A DNA stretch of 64,000 nucleotides. Source: Octopus vulgaris. Taxonomy: Eukaryota. Under the pieces are notes generated by a model that made no database searches, was not told the origin of the DNA, and saw only the letters and a list, made by a program, of their open reading frames with translations. This document shows positions 36,541 through 50,690 of the stretch, in pieces. The position numbers were made by a program, and so were the translations under genes. Where the stretch lies: positions 76,384,001-76,448,000 of the forward strand of contig OX597818.1 in assembly GCA_951406725.2 (NCBI GenBank), given 5' to 3'. Numbering within the stretch: position 1 is the stretch's first letter; each line of letters begins with the position of its first letter.

Positions 36541-39029
36541 CATGAATGTGAGTTTGTCAGGTTGTTCTTGAGTGCTGCTGATAACATGTAATACAACCTG
36601 TTGAATGGTTGAACCTCAGTAGCTAACCGGCAACTCTACCAAGCCTGCTTGGTGAGTAGAGTGTTTTGTTGGACACCCTACTGGACGAAAAACAACACCC
36701 GTCAAAAGAGTAGATGAATTTAGTTGAGCCAACGTCCATCCAGTTACGTGATATGTGTGTGTGTATGTGTACGTGCGTGCATGTGTATACGTGTGTGTAC
36801 GTGTAGGAGTGCGTGCGCGCGTGAGGACTTCCAAATATCAGATTAGTTGCCAGGTGTGCATTTAACCTACCAGGACATGTTGGACCCTACTAAGCCAAAA
36901 AATGGAGGACTCTAATAGAAAAGCCTGAGGTATGTAGCACATAGAGTTTGTGGCAAAATGTTTTTCACCAATTTTCTTCTCTCAACGTTTTCGAAAAGCA
37001 TTGCTGGCCGTACACATCTTTACCGTTGAAAAACATCTTCAGATGATTTATTTTCAAAGTAACGGCTTATAATATTGGCTGTTACACCCTCACTCGGTGA
37101 AGCCGACTGCGGGTAAGTGTCGAAAGCTTGGTCTTCGTGATTCTGTCCATTGTTCTCGGAATCTGCGCTCAGAATTTATTAATGTTACCTGTCAAATTTG
37201 CCACTAACTTAGGTGAGACATAGTTCAATTTAGAAATCTCATTCAACTACATTATTATCGACCTAGTTCAAATAATTAAGTAGATGTGTATTTATCTACC
37301 CCTTGAATAATCCCATCGACCCCCAGAGGTCAATATCGACCACTTTGGAGATCACTGTCCTCGACTATGCTTTCTGCACCCTTGCTTTCAATCATTTATC
37401 TTCTTTCCTCTACACGACCTCGCTCTGGTCACGATGTATATACAAGAAATTTACATGGCTCAGCGCATCCAGCATATCTTTTGCAATTTATCATATTTGC
37501 TTTACCCATAGAAATTACTTACGACCACAGAGCCAGACAAACTTGATCTCTGCATTTCCTGTAAGACACCTACCCCAAAATCCACTACTTATTGCCAAAA
37601 ATCTTCCTGCAATACCATAGATTAAGAATAGTAGTGTCATATTCAGATGCACTTGAATATGCAATCTTCTGATTACGTAATCTGGCATTGCATCACATTC
37701 AGACCAACTCAAACCTGCACTCAAGCCAATTCTGCACGCTAATCAAATCTCTTCATTCTACAGTGAAACTGATATTGCACGCAATTCAGACCCACTTGTA
37801 TATGCACTAATATTCACATATACATCACTTCAGCTTCTTTCTCTTGGTAGCTAAGATATTTCTCGCCTTAATTCATTTCCATCCGTACACTTTCTATTTC
37901 ACAGTTTGCACTGTACACATCTCCATCTTCCCCCACCTTCTCTGATTGATCGAACGCCAATTTCCTTTTTTTCCTTCTTTTCTTTTTTGTCTTACCCCGT
38001 TATTTGTATTTCCATGCAATTTATGATAGCACGTATATAACCTTCCGTAAAAACTGACGCCATGCAATTTCTTCTCACAATGTCATCACATTCACTGCTT
38101 TGTCTTGCATTTAAAGTTTTACAACATACATTTCATGGAAGCAATTTGTGCCCTGGTAAGTAAGTAATTATAACGTTATTTTCAAGCTTAAAACAAAATG
38201 ACTTATCTCATCAGTGGGATATCACAAACGATTCGAAACACAGTCTTAATTAACGTGAGAATGCTAATAATGAGGTCCTTCATTGGATCAAAGGCTCTAC
38301 ATTCTTAAGAAGACAATTAAATCAAAATCAATGAAATCAACCAAGTCCTTAACTGGAACTAATATCATCAGTCACAGTTGATACAAAAAGAACAAAAAAA
38401 TCTAATTCGGTTTCATTACGACTTGAACTTAAAATATGAAGGGACGTAATTACCACAAGGTATTTAGAGATCAGCTGCTTAGACGAGATCGTTATCGAAA
38501 CTGGTCGAGATCTACCATCCTCTTTTTAAGACAGCGGGGTATGGTTTGATGGAGATTTGACTGCTATTTCTAAAATATGAAGGTATTGCGTAGAAGGCTC
38601 CTCGTTGATTTGTTTATATCTTGTTTATTATTATTATTCATTGTTATGATTTTTTTCTTTTTCGTCAGATTTAAACCTGAAACCCAATATCAAGGACAAA
38701 GCAACACGCACTAAAAGCATTAACTGATACATGAGAAAATGTTAACTTGAATAATCATTCTTTTTCTCTTTCTCTTTTTCCTCTCTTTCTCTCTCTTTCT
38801 CCCTCCTTCTCACTCATTCTTTTTCTTCTCTCTCTTTCTCTCTCTTTCTTTCTCTTTTGCTCTTCTCTTTCACTCTATCTCCCTCTTTCTTTGTTTCACT
38901 ATAATAAATATTTGAAACAAAAGGAAGCAAAGAAGGCGTGGTTCTGTGGTAAGAAGTTTGCTTCGCAACCACTTGGTTCTGGGTTCAGTCCCACTGAGTG
39001 GTACCTTGGACAAGTGTCTTCTATAGCGC

Positions 39030-39575
39030 CCCACACATAATAATTAAGGGGGTTGCAGTCTGGAGAGTTAGGTGGCCAGATGTTAGGGGTGATGTCATCA
39101 CAGAAATTGTCTGACAGTCATGACTGGGTTCTGCTTGTGTGGCATGGTGCAGAGTCCTGTTGCCAGAGATAGGGTCGTCCAGTAGCCATCCTCTTCACCC
39201 AAGGGAGCACTACTTCCTCAAGGCATTTTATGTAGACCTCCATGTTGAGTCTAAGGCCGTGTGGGAAGATGACTGGAGGCTTAACGTCGCCATCACTAGT
39301 GATCACTCCAAACATCATGATGTTGATTGGATGTTTGAATTTTATCACTCTCGGTACATGTTTTGGGGACACGGCAAGCAAACGGTTGTTCTGCATGTTC
39401 AGCATCTGTTCGTTTCCAAATTTCTGGCAGAGTGAATTGCATCATGGTGCTGTTTTTCTCACAGACGATGTCCAACTGACCCTACTATACTGTGAAGTTG
39501 ACAAAATCAAAACTAAAAAAGCGCATGCGCGAAGTTAAAAATATAAAATGGCGACAATTTATCCATCCCACCATA
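39030..39575 (-). mobile_element. maT/DD37D-like transposon fragment inserted in a SINE
   Basis: KHPINIMMFGVITSDG..YIKCLEEVVLPWV..WQQDSAPCHTS; SINE halves at about 38930-39030 and 39610-39815. Confidence 0.85.
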
Positions 39576-40278
39576 TGTATGTGTGGGGGGATGGGGGGGT
39601 GCGCGCGTGTATCTTGGTATTTGTATCTTCCACCGCTGCTTGACAACTGGTGTTGATGTGTTTTCGTTCCCGTAACTTAGCGGTTCGGCAAAAAATCCGA
39701 TAGAATAAGTACCAGGCTTAAAAAGAAAATAAGTACTGGGATCGATTAGTTCATCTAAAATTCCTCAAGGCGGTGCCACAGCACGGCTGCAGTTCTAATG
39801 ACTGAAACAAGTAGACTTATATTTTTAAATCATATGGTTCTAGTTTAGAGATTCTGGGAAATACTCACTTTGAAATAGTCTATATGAAACCGAGTGTTAA
39901 AACTCACGCTGTATGCTGTGAGTGTAGCGATGATGCGAAACCGAGACCCTGTATACGCGGTTAGACATCACGAGCAAACCACCATAGTTTCACATGATCG
40001 GTCTATTAACTGAACAGTTAATGTGAAGCGAAGGTATGGACAAGGTTTTCTCGAACACTCTAGAATTTGATTTTCTGGTTCCCTGTAGATGCTGTTCGTT
40101 GCACATTTTTACAGCCAGGCAGCGCAAGCAAATGACCCATGAAGACAGCCAAGACAGATGGCTCGGGCAGATTACCAAGAATCTCCGTCGCCACGAAGAT
40201 AGCACAATTGTTTACAGATCTGTTAAACAATTCGCATGTTGTCTTACTGCAATCTCAGAGTAGTATATCTCTCGCTCA

Positions 40279-40353
<75 letters not shown>

Positions 40354-40599
40354 TATTTCTGTTGTTAACTATAAAGGCCAACGCATTTTGTCTTTATGTG
40401 CGACAATAAATTCTTTTGTTAAATGTTCTTTATACAGCCAAAAAATACATATTTTCATTCATTAACTCAACCAACTACAACAGCATGGACGAAGCATCAT
40501 AAGGCCAATCGTGACACGAGGATCATTTTGTCAAAATAAATAAATAATTAAATAAATAAATAAATAAACGCACTGGTTTTATTTCATTTAATTATATCC

Positions 40600-41137
40600 A
40601 GATTGTATCTAGACAGAGTATTTGTTAAGTCAGCGGATAGGGATAGCATAGGGTGCCCACAATTCAAATTGGTCGGCTACGCAGACCACAAATTTGTGAT
40701 CTGCACAGTCGATTTAGATAGGACTTGTAGACAGGGACCCAGTTACTGGAAGTTGAACGTGTCCTTTTCGATGCGCAATGACTACAAGGACCGGATTAGC
40801 TAACTAGTTAGCGGCAGTTGACGGGGACAATCGTCAACAAACGGTGGCGGATAGCCCTGAAGAGGGCAATTGGAGCAGAATCGATAGCGTTTAGTAAAGA
40901 GTTAGCAATATAAAGAAATAGATTAGAGGGAGAACTAGTTAGTAAACTGGAAGAGGCAATCGCGATTGACGTGTTAGCAGCGAGAATGACTCTTGACCAT
41001 TTCTTTGAGATGAAACACGAAGGATGCGTTGCCAGAGCTAAAGCCCGTGCGCTAAAACATGAGGGAACTAAAGCCGTCCGATGGGCCAGAATGGTGGAGA
41101 CGCGATGTGGCAGCAAAACCACGATTGGGTCTTTGAC
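40600..41137 (+). mobile_element. Tx1/L1 LINE, end of endonuclease and linker
   Basis: YLDRVFV..ADHKFV..GPSYWKLN. Confidence 0.85.
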
Positions 41138-41590
41138 CAGCGGTTCTCAAACTTTTCAAAAAAATTTACGTGCCGATCCCCTTACACATTTTTCGATGAT
41201 TCGCTGTCCTTATAAAATTCAGGATAATTAGCATGAAAAAAATGACATGCATTCGTGTACCGAACTTTCTGAACTATGAGCCGGGCTAAGAATGGGTGTC
41301 TGGCAAAGGGCAAAGTCATGCGGGAACATGCACCGGTGAGGATACCGACGGCGAGAGACATGCAAACGTGTGGATTGCAATAGTGGAGTGGTGAATCATG
41401 TGAGCATAGAATACCGACAGCACATGCACAATCAACCGTAATACCCGCATATTTTCCATCGGCCAGTCACACCTGTTGTACAAGTGTAATTAGCAAATGA
41501 GCGTGTTGGAGAGGCGTGGTGTTTTGAGGTCAACGACAAAAAAAGATGATAGCATGCGAAAAATTGAAAGTCTTGAAATGAGCAGAGAGG
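41138..41590 (+). mobile_element. hAT-like non-coding insertion (one terminus)
   Basis: Begins CAGCGGTTCTCAAACTTTT, a Charlie/SPIN-type TIR; replaces the LINE RT core; right end not found. Confidence 0.5.
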
Positions 41591-41594
41591 AAAC

Positions 41595-42375
41595 TGTTCT
41601 TGAAAGGTCGGGCAGAGTTGGCGAATGCCTGCATCACCTCTGTCATCATTTATTGTCTGATCGTCGTGCCTTACCCTAGTTATTGCTTGATCAAGTTGGA
41701 GCGTCTCTTGTTCACTTTCTTGTGGAAAGGACGCGTTCCAATGATCAGGCGGTCAGTCTGCTGCCAATTCCCTCTGCGTGGTGGATTAAGCATGCCGTGG
41801 CTTTTAATGAGCAAACACGCGCTTAGGTTGCGCCACCTGCAACGATTTCTAGATAGTAAACGTGTGTGGGCTCCATCTGTGAAGCACGTCTTTCCGCATC
41901 TCGTCTTTTTCACGGAGCTGCAGTCCTGGGTGAAGGATAGTCCAAGACTGGGCGCCTGGCACCCAGAATGTCGTCAGGTGCTCACTGTCCTCTAGCAGTC
42001 GAGCAATAGGATCGGTGGATGTTCCATTTTAGCTATATATAGAGGAATAGTGGAGGGGAAGTGCGACGACGTCCTCGAGGAGACTCTAGGCGTCGACGAA
42101 CACGAACCGGCTAGTCTGTTCCGGAGGAATTTTCGGTCGGGGATTATTATGAATAATTTCCAGGTGTCTTTGATTCGGCAGTGCTACCGGAGGTCGCTAC
42201 TGGTTCGAGATAAACTCTACAGGCATGGATGTGCTGTCAGATGGGCTTGTCTGAGGTGCACTCCGCTAGTCAGTAATGCCCGGGCATTACTGACTAGTGG
42301 AGTTATGTCGAACAGCTGCTGTCTCGTGTGAGATGGATCCGTCTGTCAGCCGAGTCCATAATGATGATTGCCCCG
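41595..42375 (+). mobile_element. Tx1/L1 LINE C-terminal region
   Basis: LKGRAELANACI..FTFLWKG..RGGLSMPW..VRDKLYRHG..CLRC; homologous to 60-900. Confidence 0.88.
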
Positions 42376-42524
42376 CCGGGCAGAATGGTTAGCACACCGA
42401 GGAAAATTCTTAGTGGTATTTCGTCACTTTTTACATTCTGAGTTCAAATTCCGCCCAGGTCGATTTTGCCTTTCATCGTTTCGGGGTCGATAAAATAAGT
42501 ACCAATTGAGCACTGACGTCGATG

Positions 42525-42560
<36 letters not shown>

Positions 42561-42808
42561 TGTACATTTAAACACACAAGAGATGGCCATAATAGGACAT
42601 CTGACTCGCTAGAAAGAGTAGTTAAATGTCAGGTGTCCTATTATGGCCATCTCTTGTGTTTAAATATACACTGTATATATGAATACAGTGTATATATGAG
42701 TACACTGTATATATGAATAATATATAGTCTATTGATTAATTTTTCCTTCTGGCTAGACCACTGGTAGCAAAGAATCTTTCTAAAAAATTTTTGCTACCCT
42801 AAGATTTA

Positions 42809-42840
<32 letters not shown>

Positions 42841-42843
<3 letters not shown>

Positions 42844-43735
42844 TGTTCGGTTTAAATTTGACAATGTGTATAAAGGGAAAAGAACACAATATCGCATCCA
42901 AAACTAAAAGTATTTTTTAAAATTCAAAAAATTTCAGTTAGTTTATGGCTGGGAAATGGTTTACTCGTTTACTCACAGCAGCCGACCTCAGCTTGCACCA
43001 ATGCCTCAAGACGGCTCCGGCACCTTGTCATGCGTTCTTTAGTGTATTTCTGGGAAGATCTCCGAACACCTCCTTGACTTTGGTCACCAGTTTGAACTTG
43101 GTGTTGCAGGCGGAACGGTTAATGTCTCTTTCAACTGCGCCCCACACGTAGTAATATATAGGATTACAATCAAGGGAATTTGGAAGCCAGACATTGAGGC
43201 TGGTGAAGTTGTAGAAATTCTCCGACAACCACTTCTGACTCATTCCGGAGGTATGGGAAAGAGCTGAATTCTGCTGCTACACATGGCCTTCCAGCAGCAA
43301 CACTCCCCGGCAAGAGTTCGACCACAGTTTCCAGTAGTTTCACATAGCCGTCTGAATTGAGCTTAAGACTCTGTTCAACGGTGTGGGGATGTTTTCCGGC
43401 GAACGGACGCAGTCAGAACGCCTTATTTGCTAGCCACAACCTCGTAGTCTCTGTTGCGTTGCAGCTGTCTGTATTACGTTTTTACAGCCTTTACAGTGTC
43501 CACAGAGCATTGAGCAAAAATCACGTCAGCATGTTGATATTCGGCATGAATCATCATGATATCGCTAACTCTTTTCCAATATTCAGATGGCTTCCAATCT
43601 TCCATGTCAGTTAACTTTTCTTGACTACAGTTTTAATCTTTATGTTCTCCAACGCCGTTCATTGTTCACCAAAAAGATCAAGCTGCTCCTGAAAAAAAAA
43701 CATAAAAAGTGGTCGAATTTCGCCCGAGCACCCTG
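42841..43735 (-). mobile_element. Internally deleted maT/DD37D-like transposon
   Basis: SQKWLSENFY..WLPNSLDCNPIYYYVWGAVERD; diverged TIRs (CAGGGTGCTCGGGCGAAATTCGACCA at the right end). Confidence 0.85.
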
Positions 43736-44009
43736 TGTGTGTGTGTGTCTGTGTGTGTGTGTGTGTGCGTGCGTGTGTGCATGCGTGTGTGTGTATGTGT
43801 GTGTGTGTGTGTGTCCACCACTGCTTAACAACCAGTATTACTTTGTTTACGTCCCCGTAACTTGGCGATTTGGCAAAAGAAATCGATAACATAAGTATGT
43901 CTCAAAAATAAATACTGGGGTTGATTTGTTCGATAGACAGAAATATAGGTAGGTAGGTAGGTAGGTAGGTAGGTAGGGTTGAACTGAAAGAAAAAAAATT
44001 TAAATACTC

Positions 44010-44245
44010 TTTTTCTTTTTATTACCCACAAGGGACTAAACATGGAGGGGACAAACAAGGACAGACAAAGGGATTAAGTCAATTACATCGACCCCAGTGC
44101 GTAACTGGTACTTAATTTATCGACCCCGAAAGGATGAAAGGCAAAGTCAACCTCGGCGGAATTTGAACTCAGAACGTAACGGTAGACGAAACACTGCTAA
44201 GCATTTTGCCCGGCATGCTACCGATTCTGCCAGCTCGCTGCCTTC
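44010..44245 (-). mobile_element. tRNA-derived SINE (family of 3027)
   Basis: Reverse complement of the 11397 copy; further copies at 42377-42525 and 44925-45080. Confidence 0.9.
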
Positions 44246-44304
44246 AAAGAAATTAAATACTCTTGACTGGCAAGTGACATCGACTGAGCCCTGTTACAGA
44301 CTAG

Positions 44305-44600
44305 TGGTGATGATGTGAGGAGGGATATTGGCTAATAGTGGTCTCGGTGTGAGGAATGGCTATTTGGTTAAAGGAGGTGTTGGTGATGTGAGTAGGGATA
44401 TTGATTAATAGAGGTGACGATGATGATGGTGCGAGTAATAATAGTCGTTACTGATGTAGCGGTGGTGATGGTGTGAGTAGGATTATTTGGTTGGAGGATT
44501 TGGTAGTGTTGATAGTGGTGTGAGTAGGGTTATTTGGTGAAAGGAGGTGGTCGTGGTGTGAGTAGGGATATTGGTTAATGGAAGTGGCGATAGTGGTGGC
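44305..44600. repeat. Degenerate minisatellite, about 40-bp unit
   Basis: GGTGTGAGTAGGGATATTGGTTAA-like core repeated about 7 times. Confidence 0.75.
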
Positions 44601-45779
44601 TAGGCAGCCAATGACATAGTTTTTGTTGTTTTTATATATCACGCATCGTTTAACGCATGCGCTTTAATGCAATTAATTATCGTCTGCTCCACTGAAATTT
44701 GTAAAATATGGACAACGATTGACGATGAGCAAGAATGAAAAGGTTTATGGTAAGGCGTTTACATATTTTTTTCAAATAATAGCATTAAGATTTGTTGAAA
44801 TATTTACCAACGTACTGAAGCAGAATGGTAATATGGGTAGTTGACTTGGTAGAAGTCCTCAAAATTATCCCGTTCTTTTTAATAACAACTTTGGCCATCT
44901 CTGATTTCAATATTTTTACGAGACGGCTAGCTGGCAGAACTGCTCGCCCACCGGGGGAAATGCTTAGCAGTATTTCGCCTGCCGTTACGTTCTGAGTTCA
45001 AATTCCGCAGAGGTCGACTTTGCCGTTCATCCTTTCGGGGTCGATTAAATAAGTACCAGTTACGCACTGGGTCGATTATAATAGCATGGAATAAACTACC
45101 TACATCACTTCTAAGCTGTCAGGACACTTGATCCTTCAAAAATTCCATACTTCCCGAAATTCACCAAACTACTCCTGATGTACCTACACACCCATTTCTC
45201 TTTATAACTCTTTTAAAGTTCATTTTTCTGTATTTGAGATGGTGGTGGTCTTTGTATCGTGTCTGTACTTATAGCTTTCATTGCTGCTTTTTTTCTTTTT
45301 TGTTGTTACTTATGTTTGCTTTCCGTCCCTGATTTTAACATTTTCTGGTGAGTTGTGGTACACCTGAGACCTGAAATACAATATCCTCATAATTATAGTT
45401 AAGCTGGTAGAATTGTTAACAGAGAATTCGATTTCAGAACGTAAGGCCAGACAAAATGCTCAGTGCTATTTTCTCTCGGTTCTATGTTCTAAATTCAAAT
45501 TGCCTTCCATCCTTTCGAAATCGATAAAATAAGTACCAGTTGAACGCTGGGGCTGATGTGATCGACTAATTCCAACCGCCAAAAATTTCAGGCCGTCTGA
45601 AGAATTCTAACAGTTAAAATTGTTAACCTCTCGATGTAAAGTGAAAAAAAATATACAAAGTAGTAGATGTAAGAAATAGCTTTTAGAGATGTTTATTGAG
45701 ATTGTACCATCAATGTTAGCTGTGTTTTCTTTTAGACCATGTCAAGAATCAAATACGTCAGAAAAATATATAATTCTGT

Positions 45780-46250
45780 CTTATGCTGGTCGTTTCGCTC
45801 GTCACACTGAGCTAAACTTAATTATTTAGCGGGCCCTGGCTCGGGTAAATATCCCCTCAGTTCTGAAACCGGCGAAATTATCCAGAAGTGATGGGAAGAG
45901 ACCAGATTGGCTTATCCTGTGTCCCTAGGTAAAAGGTAGGTACCTAATCTGGGACGCCGGTCTGTGACTCCTTTGCACCAGCATCCTGGATGCGGTGGAA
46001 AATGGGAGGGTCACTACTTCCGTAGCTAAACGGAACAAAATCCTTAAGTACCGGGACTTGTCAGTGAACCATTTCTTCCCCCACTATAGCGTTTGAGACT
46101 TTTGGAGGGGCTAGGTCGGTAACAGCGGAGTTCTTGTCATCGTTGGCGGCTCGCCATACCGAGGTGTCAGGTGATGCCCGTGAGGGTGCTTGGCTGTTTC
46201 AATACCTTAGCCTCGCCCTCGCCTGGTAATATTGCATGTGTGTTGGCTTG
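45780..46250 (+). mobile_element. CRE-clade non-LTR retrotransposon, RLE 3' remnant
   Basis: [55 protein letters not shown] matches the CRE RLE pattern RH..LN.II.RAL..P..EP..L.R.DGKRPDG....W..G..L.WD. Confidence 0.85.
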
Positions 46251-47117
46251 CTTATGTAGGTTCCTTTGAACCTTGAGGTGTACGACCAATTGAGGCACTT
46301 GGTGTTTTTTTTTTTCTTCTTTTTACTTTTTCTCCTTTTTCTTTCTTTCTTCCACTTTTTATTTTTTTTCTCCATTTTCTTTCTTTGCTCATGTTTGTTT
46401 TCTTCAGATTTTGATTTGTATTTCAACGTGGTTTTGTATTTTATATGTCTCATATACGTGCGTGTTATATTCCAATAAATTGTTATGAAAAAGTAAAAAA
46501 TCTTTTTCAAAGTAATCGTGGATGTCGTTATTATCATATTAATGGGACATGGGAAGTGTCTTTAGTCTTATGTTAAAATTTGTTTCAAGGCCCAGAAGAT
46601 TGCAGAACTTGAAATACACTTGACTTTTTCGCAAGTTTTTCCATATTTCCAGTTATAGAGATAACTGGTTTGTGTTGCATTTTGTGAAGAGAGCGAAGTA
46701 CTGAAATTGTAGAAAAAGAAGTGTTGTTTCTCTTCTCCGGTTTCAAAATAACAGTTTTAAAGTACAGAACTTTCAGCAAATTTAATTTTTCTACAAAATA
46801 TATTTTTTTTCTCCTTCAAAACTTCTTTTCTTTTCTTCTTTTTTCTGGTTTGAATTCTAGATAGAGTTGTTTAGTATCGTAGTTTGTGCTACAGGGACAG
46901 AGAAATATTAAAATAATATCACGTCACAAGTAAACGTGCTTGATTGTGTTTATACAATCTAATCTTGTTCAAAATGTTAATGTTGGAAATTAATATATTT
47001 TTCTCGTAGGATAAAATTTTTTTTTCACTAGAACATATTGGTTAACTGAATTATTATACACTTATTTACATTTTTAAAGGACCGAGAGAAAGCCCGTGCG
47101 TTTTCCTACATGCCATA

Positions 47118-47209
<92 letters not shown>

Positions 47210-47369
47210 ATTAGAGGATATATTAACCTCTTAAAGGGATGATTACATCCAAGAAAACACTGATTCTATACCTTATGTTTTTGGGAAATAAAATTTCCCT
47301 AAATCAATAGGTATATATTAAATATATAATCCGTATTAAGTTAAGAGCAAAATGTTAGTGATTAATATT

Positions 47370-50300
47370 AATGATGGTGTAGGGAGTGTAGGCATACTCT
47401 TTGCGGAGAAATGGTTGGATAAGGTCATAGAGGTTGTCAGGGTATGCGACAGAGTGCTTAAGCTCAGGCTAGTCCTGCAGAGCAGCACAGCTACAATTAT
47501 CTCTGCCTAGGTCCCACAAGCGGAACTACCAAATGATCAGAAGGACCATTTTTATGATACCCTTCTACAGGCTACCTCAAAGACGAGTGGCAATGACCTC
47601 ATCTTTGTGGCTGGATATTTTAATGGGCATGTTGGGCGGCAATCCAGTATCTTCACTGGTGTACACGGGGGCCATGGTATTGGTTCCCGGAACGATTAGA
47701 GAACTAGGCTACTGGAGTTCTGTGATGCATGTAACCTTTTAATCTGAAACACTAAGTTCAGGAAGCCAGACAGCCAACTGATAGCCTATCAATCAGGGGA
47801 CTCTGCTAGCCAGATTGATTTCATCCTCACCAGACAGCGGGACGCAGGGTTGCTCTTAAATACAAAGACCCTCCCTGGTGAGAAATGCCCCCCCCCCCCC
47901 CCCCAACATAGACTAGTCGTTAGTGACTTTTGACTCGAGCCCAGGATGATGCCAAGAAGCAGACCAATCCTAAAGAGAAGGATTTGGAAGCTAAAGAACC
48001 CTTCACATGGTCAAAGATTTAGGGACATCCTCATCGAGAAATTTGATGAGAGGGAGAAGGAACTACAGTCCTCGGACATAGAAGATGGATGGAAATTCTT
48101 ATGGGACAGCTTACTGAGTGCCACAGACCAAGTCTGCAGATGGTACGAAGTCCCTTCCAGACCGAGAGTAATGTGGTGGTGGAATAATGTGGTAGACAAA
48201 GCCATCAGAGCAAAGAAACGGGCCTGGAAAACCTGGAAGGGTGGAGGTAGCAGGGAAGCATACCAGATAGCCAGAAGGGAGGCTAGGTGACAGATATACA
48301 AAGCCAAAGGCGAAGCAGAAAAGAAGTTTGCCAATGTCCAGTGATGTGAGGACCAAAGAACTGAAGAATTCTGGATTTCAAGACAGTGTGTGAGAGAAAA
48401 TTGTGATGTCACAGGAGAGAAATGTGTCTGCATGGATGCTGGTGCACTTGCTTTTAATGATTCTTAAAAGAAAGAGGCTTGGAGAAGTCATTAAGAAAGA
48501 CTGCTGAACATGGAGAATGCATGGGAGGAGGAGAGCTTGCCAAATGTTGATCCAGCAGAGGGACCAGCTATCTGAATAGACAACACCCTAGTAGATAAAG
48601 CAATTAAGGATATGAAGCCAGGAAAAGCCCCTGGCCCATCAGGAATCACCGCTGAGATGCTTAAAACATCTAGTGGTGTGGGCTATGGCCTAGTCTCCTG
48701 CATTGTAAACCAGGTAGTTCATGATAGAGTCATGCCCAATGACTGGCGTAGCAGCACCATAGTCAACTGCTACAAGTGTAAAGGTGATGCTTTAGTTAGA
48801 AATAACTACAGGGGTATCAAACTGCTGGATGAGGTGATGAAGGTCACAGAAAGGGTCATAGCCCAACTAATTAGAGAGAGAGTCTGCTTAGATGAGATGC
48901 AGTCCGGTTTTGTGTCAGGTAGAAGCACCACTGATGCTATATTCCTGGTATGGCAACTGCAGGAGAAATACTTAGTCAAAGATAAATCCCTATATTTGGC
49001 TTTTGTGGACTTGGAGAAAGCCTTTGACAGGGTCCCCCGATCCCTTATATGGTGGGTGATGCAGAAACTGTAGATGATGGTTAATAAGGGCTGTACAGTT
49101 AGTAGAATTAGGATTGGAAATGAGTATAGTGAAGAATTCTGGGTAGAAGTAGGGGTCCACCAAGGATCAGCCCTCCGCCCCCTCTTATTCATCATAGTCC
49201 TCCAGGCCATAACAGAGGAATTCAAGACAGGTTGCCCCTGGGAACTCCTCTATGATGACCTGGCCCTCATAGAAGAATCACTACCAGAACTAGAGAAGAA
49301 ACTTGAAGTGTGAAAGCAAGGTTTAGAATCAAAGGGCCTTAGAGTCAATGTTGCAAAGGCCAAAGTTCTAGTAAGTAGGAAGGTGAACATATCATACAAC
49401 CCTTCAGGTAGGTCGCACTGCTTGATCTGTAGAAAAAGTGTAGGTAGAAACTCCATAAGATGTACACAGTGTAAGCTATGGACACATAAGAGGTGCAGCA
49501 ACATCAAATGAAGATTAACCAGGAAGAGAGCTTTCATGTGCAGCAGATGCACAGGGGCAATAAACACCACAGATGCTCAGAAAACAGATTCCATCATATG
49601 CCAGGGTGACAAACTAGAAGTAGTTGATAGCTTCTGCTACCTAGGTGACCAAGTCTGTTGTGGGGGGTGGATGCTCAGAGGGTGTTACCACTAGAATAAG
49701 AATAGCCTGGGCAAAGTTCAGAAAGCTTCTACTACTACTGGTGACAAACGGCCTCTTGCTCAGAGTGAAACATAAATTGTATGACGCATGTGTGCAAACT
49801 GCCATGCTTCACAGCAGTGAATCATGGGCTGTGACTACTGAAGACATGCATAGGCTCGAAAGAAATGAAGCTGGCATGATCGGCTGGATGTGTAATGTCA
49901 GTGTGCACACATGACAGAGTGTAAGTACCCTGAGAGAAATGTTAGACATAAAAAGCATCGGATGTGGCATGCAAGAGAGACTTTGCATTGGTATGGTCAT
50001 GTACTGCGGATGGACGAGGAGAGCTGTGTGAAGAAGTGCCACTCCCAAACAGTGGAAGGAATCTGGGGTAGATTGAGACCCAAGAAGACATGGGATGAGG
50101 TGGTGAAGTATGACCTTCAAACGTTGGGCCTCACAGAGGCAATGGCAAAAGGCCAAGACCTCTGGAGGTATGCTGTGACTGAGAAGACCCGCCAAATAAA
50201 GTGAGTCCACAACTGTAGCCTACACCAGTGTTGCATAACCAACCCACTCAAAAAGTACCTTGGATCGTAGGGTGACATGCCATGCTTGAGGAGACCTATT

Positions 50301-50690
50301 GAGTCAAGTGCATCAACATCAATATCAATAGCAATATCAAAATCAAATCAAATGGAAATTGTAGTTGTGAGCCCTGTGCCAGTAGCACGTAAAAAGCACC
50401 ATCCAAACATGGCTGATGCCAGTGCCGCTTTGACTAGCTTCCATGCCGGTGGTGCATAGAAAGCACCATCCGATCATGGTCGATGCCATCTCCTCTGGCC
50501 CCTGTGCTGGTGGCACATAAAAAGCACCCACTACACTCTCGGAGTGGTTGGCATTAGGAAGGGCATCCAGCTGTAGAAACACTGCCATATCAGATTGGGG
50601 CCTGGTGCAGCCTCTTGGCTTCTCAGACCCCAGTCAAACCATCCAACCCATGCCAGCATGGAAAACAGACGTTAAATGACGATGATGATA
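47370..50690 (+). mobile_element. 5'-truncated RTE-clade LINE with 3' UTR and (GAT)n tail
   Basis: APE motifs (AGYFNGHVG, SQIDFIL), MKPGKAPGPSG, NYRGIKLL, FVDLEKAFDRVPR, GVHQGSALRPLLF, WYGHVLRM; many stops. Confidence 0.95.

Noticed and set aside
36880-37900. Faint mariner HTH (minus) and PLE RT (plus) resemblance
   Set aside because: Too degenerate to support by eye.
44305-44600. Spaced repeats as a CRISPR-like array
   Set aside because: Eukaryotic context, degenerate repeats, low-complexity spacers and no cas genes.
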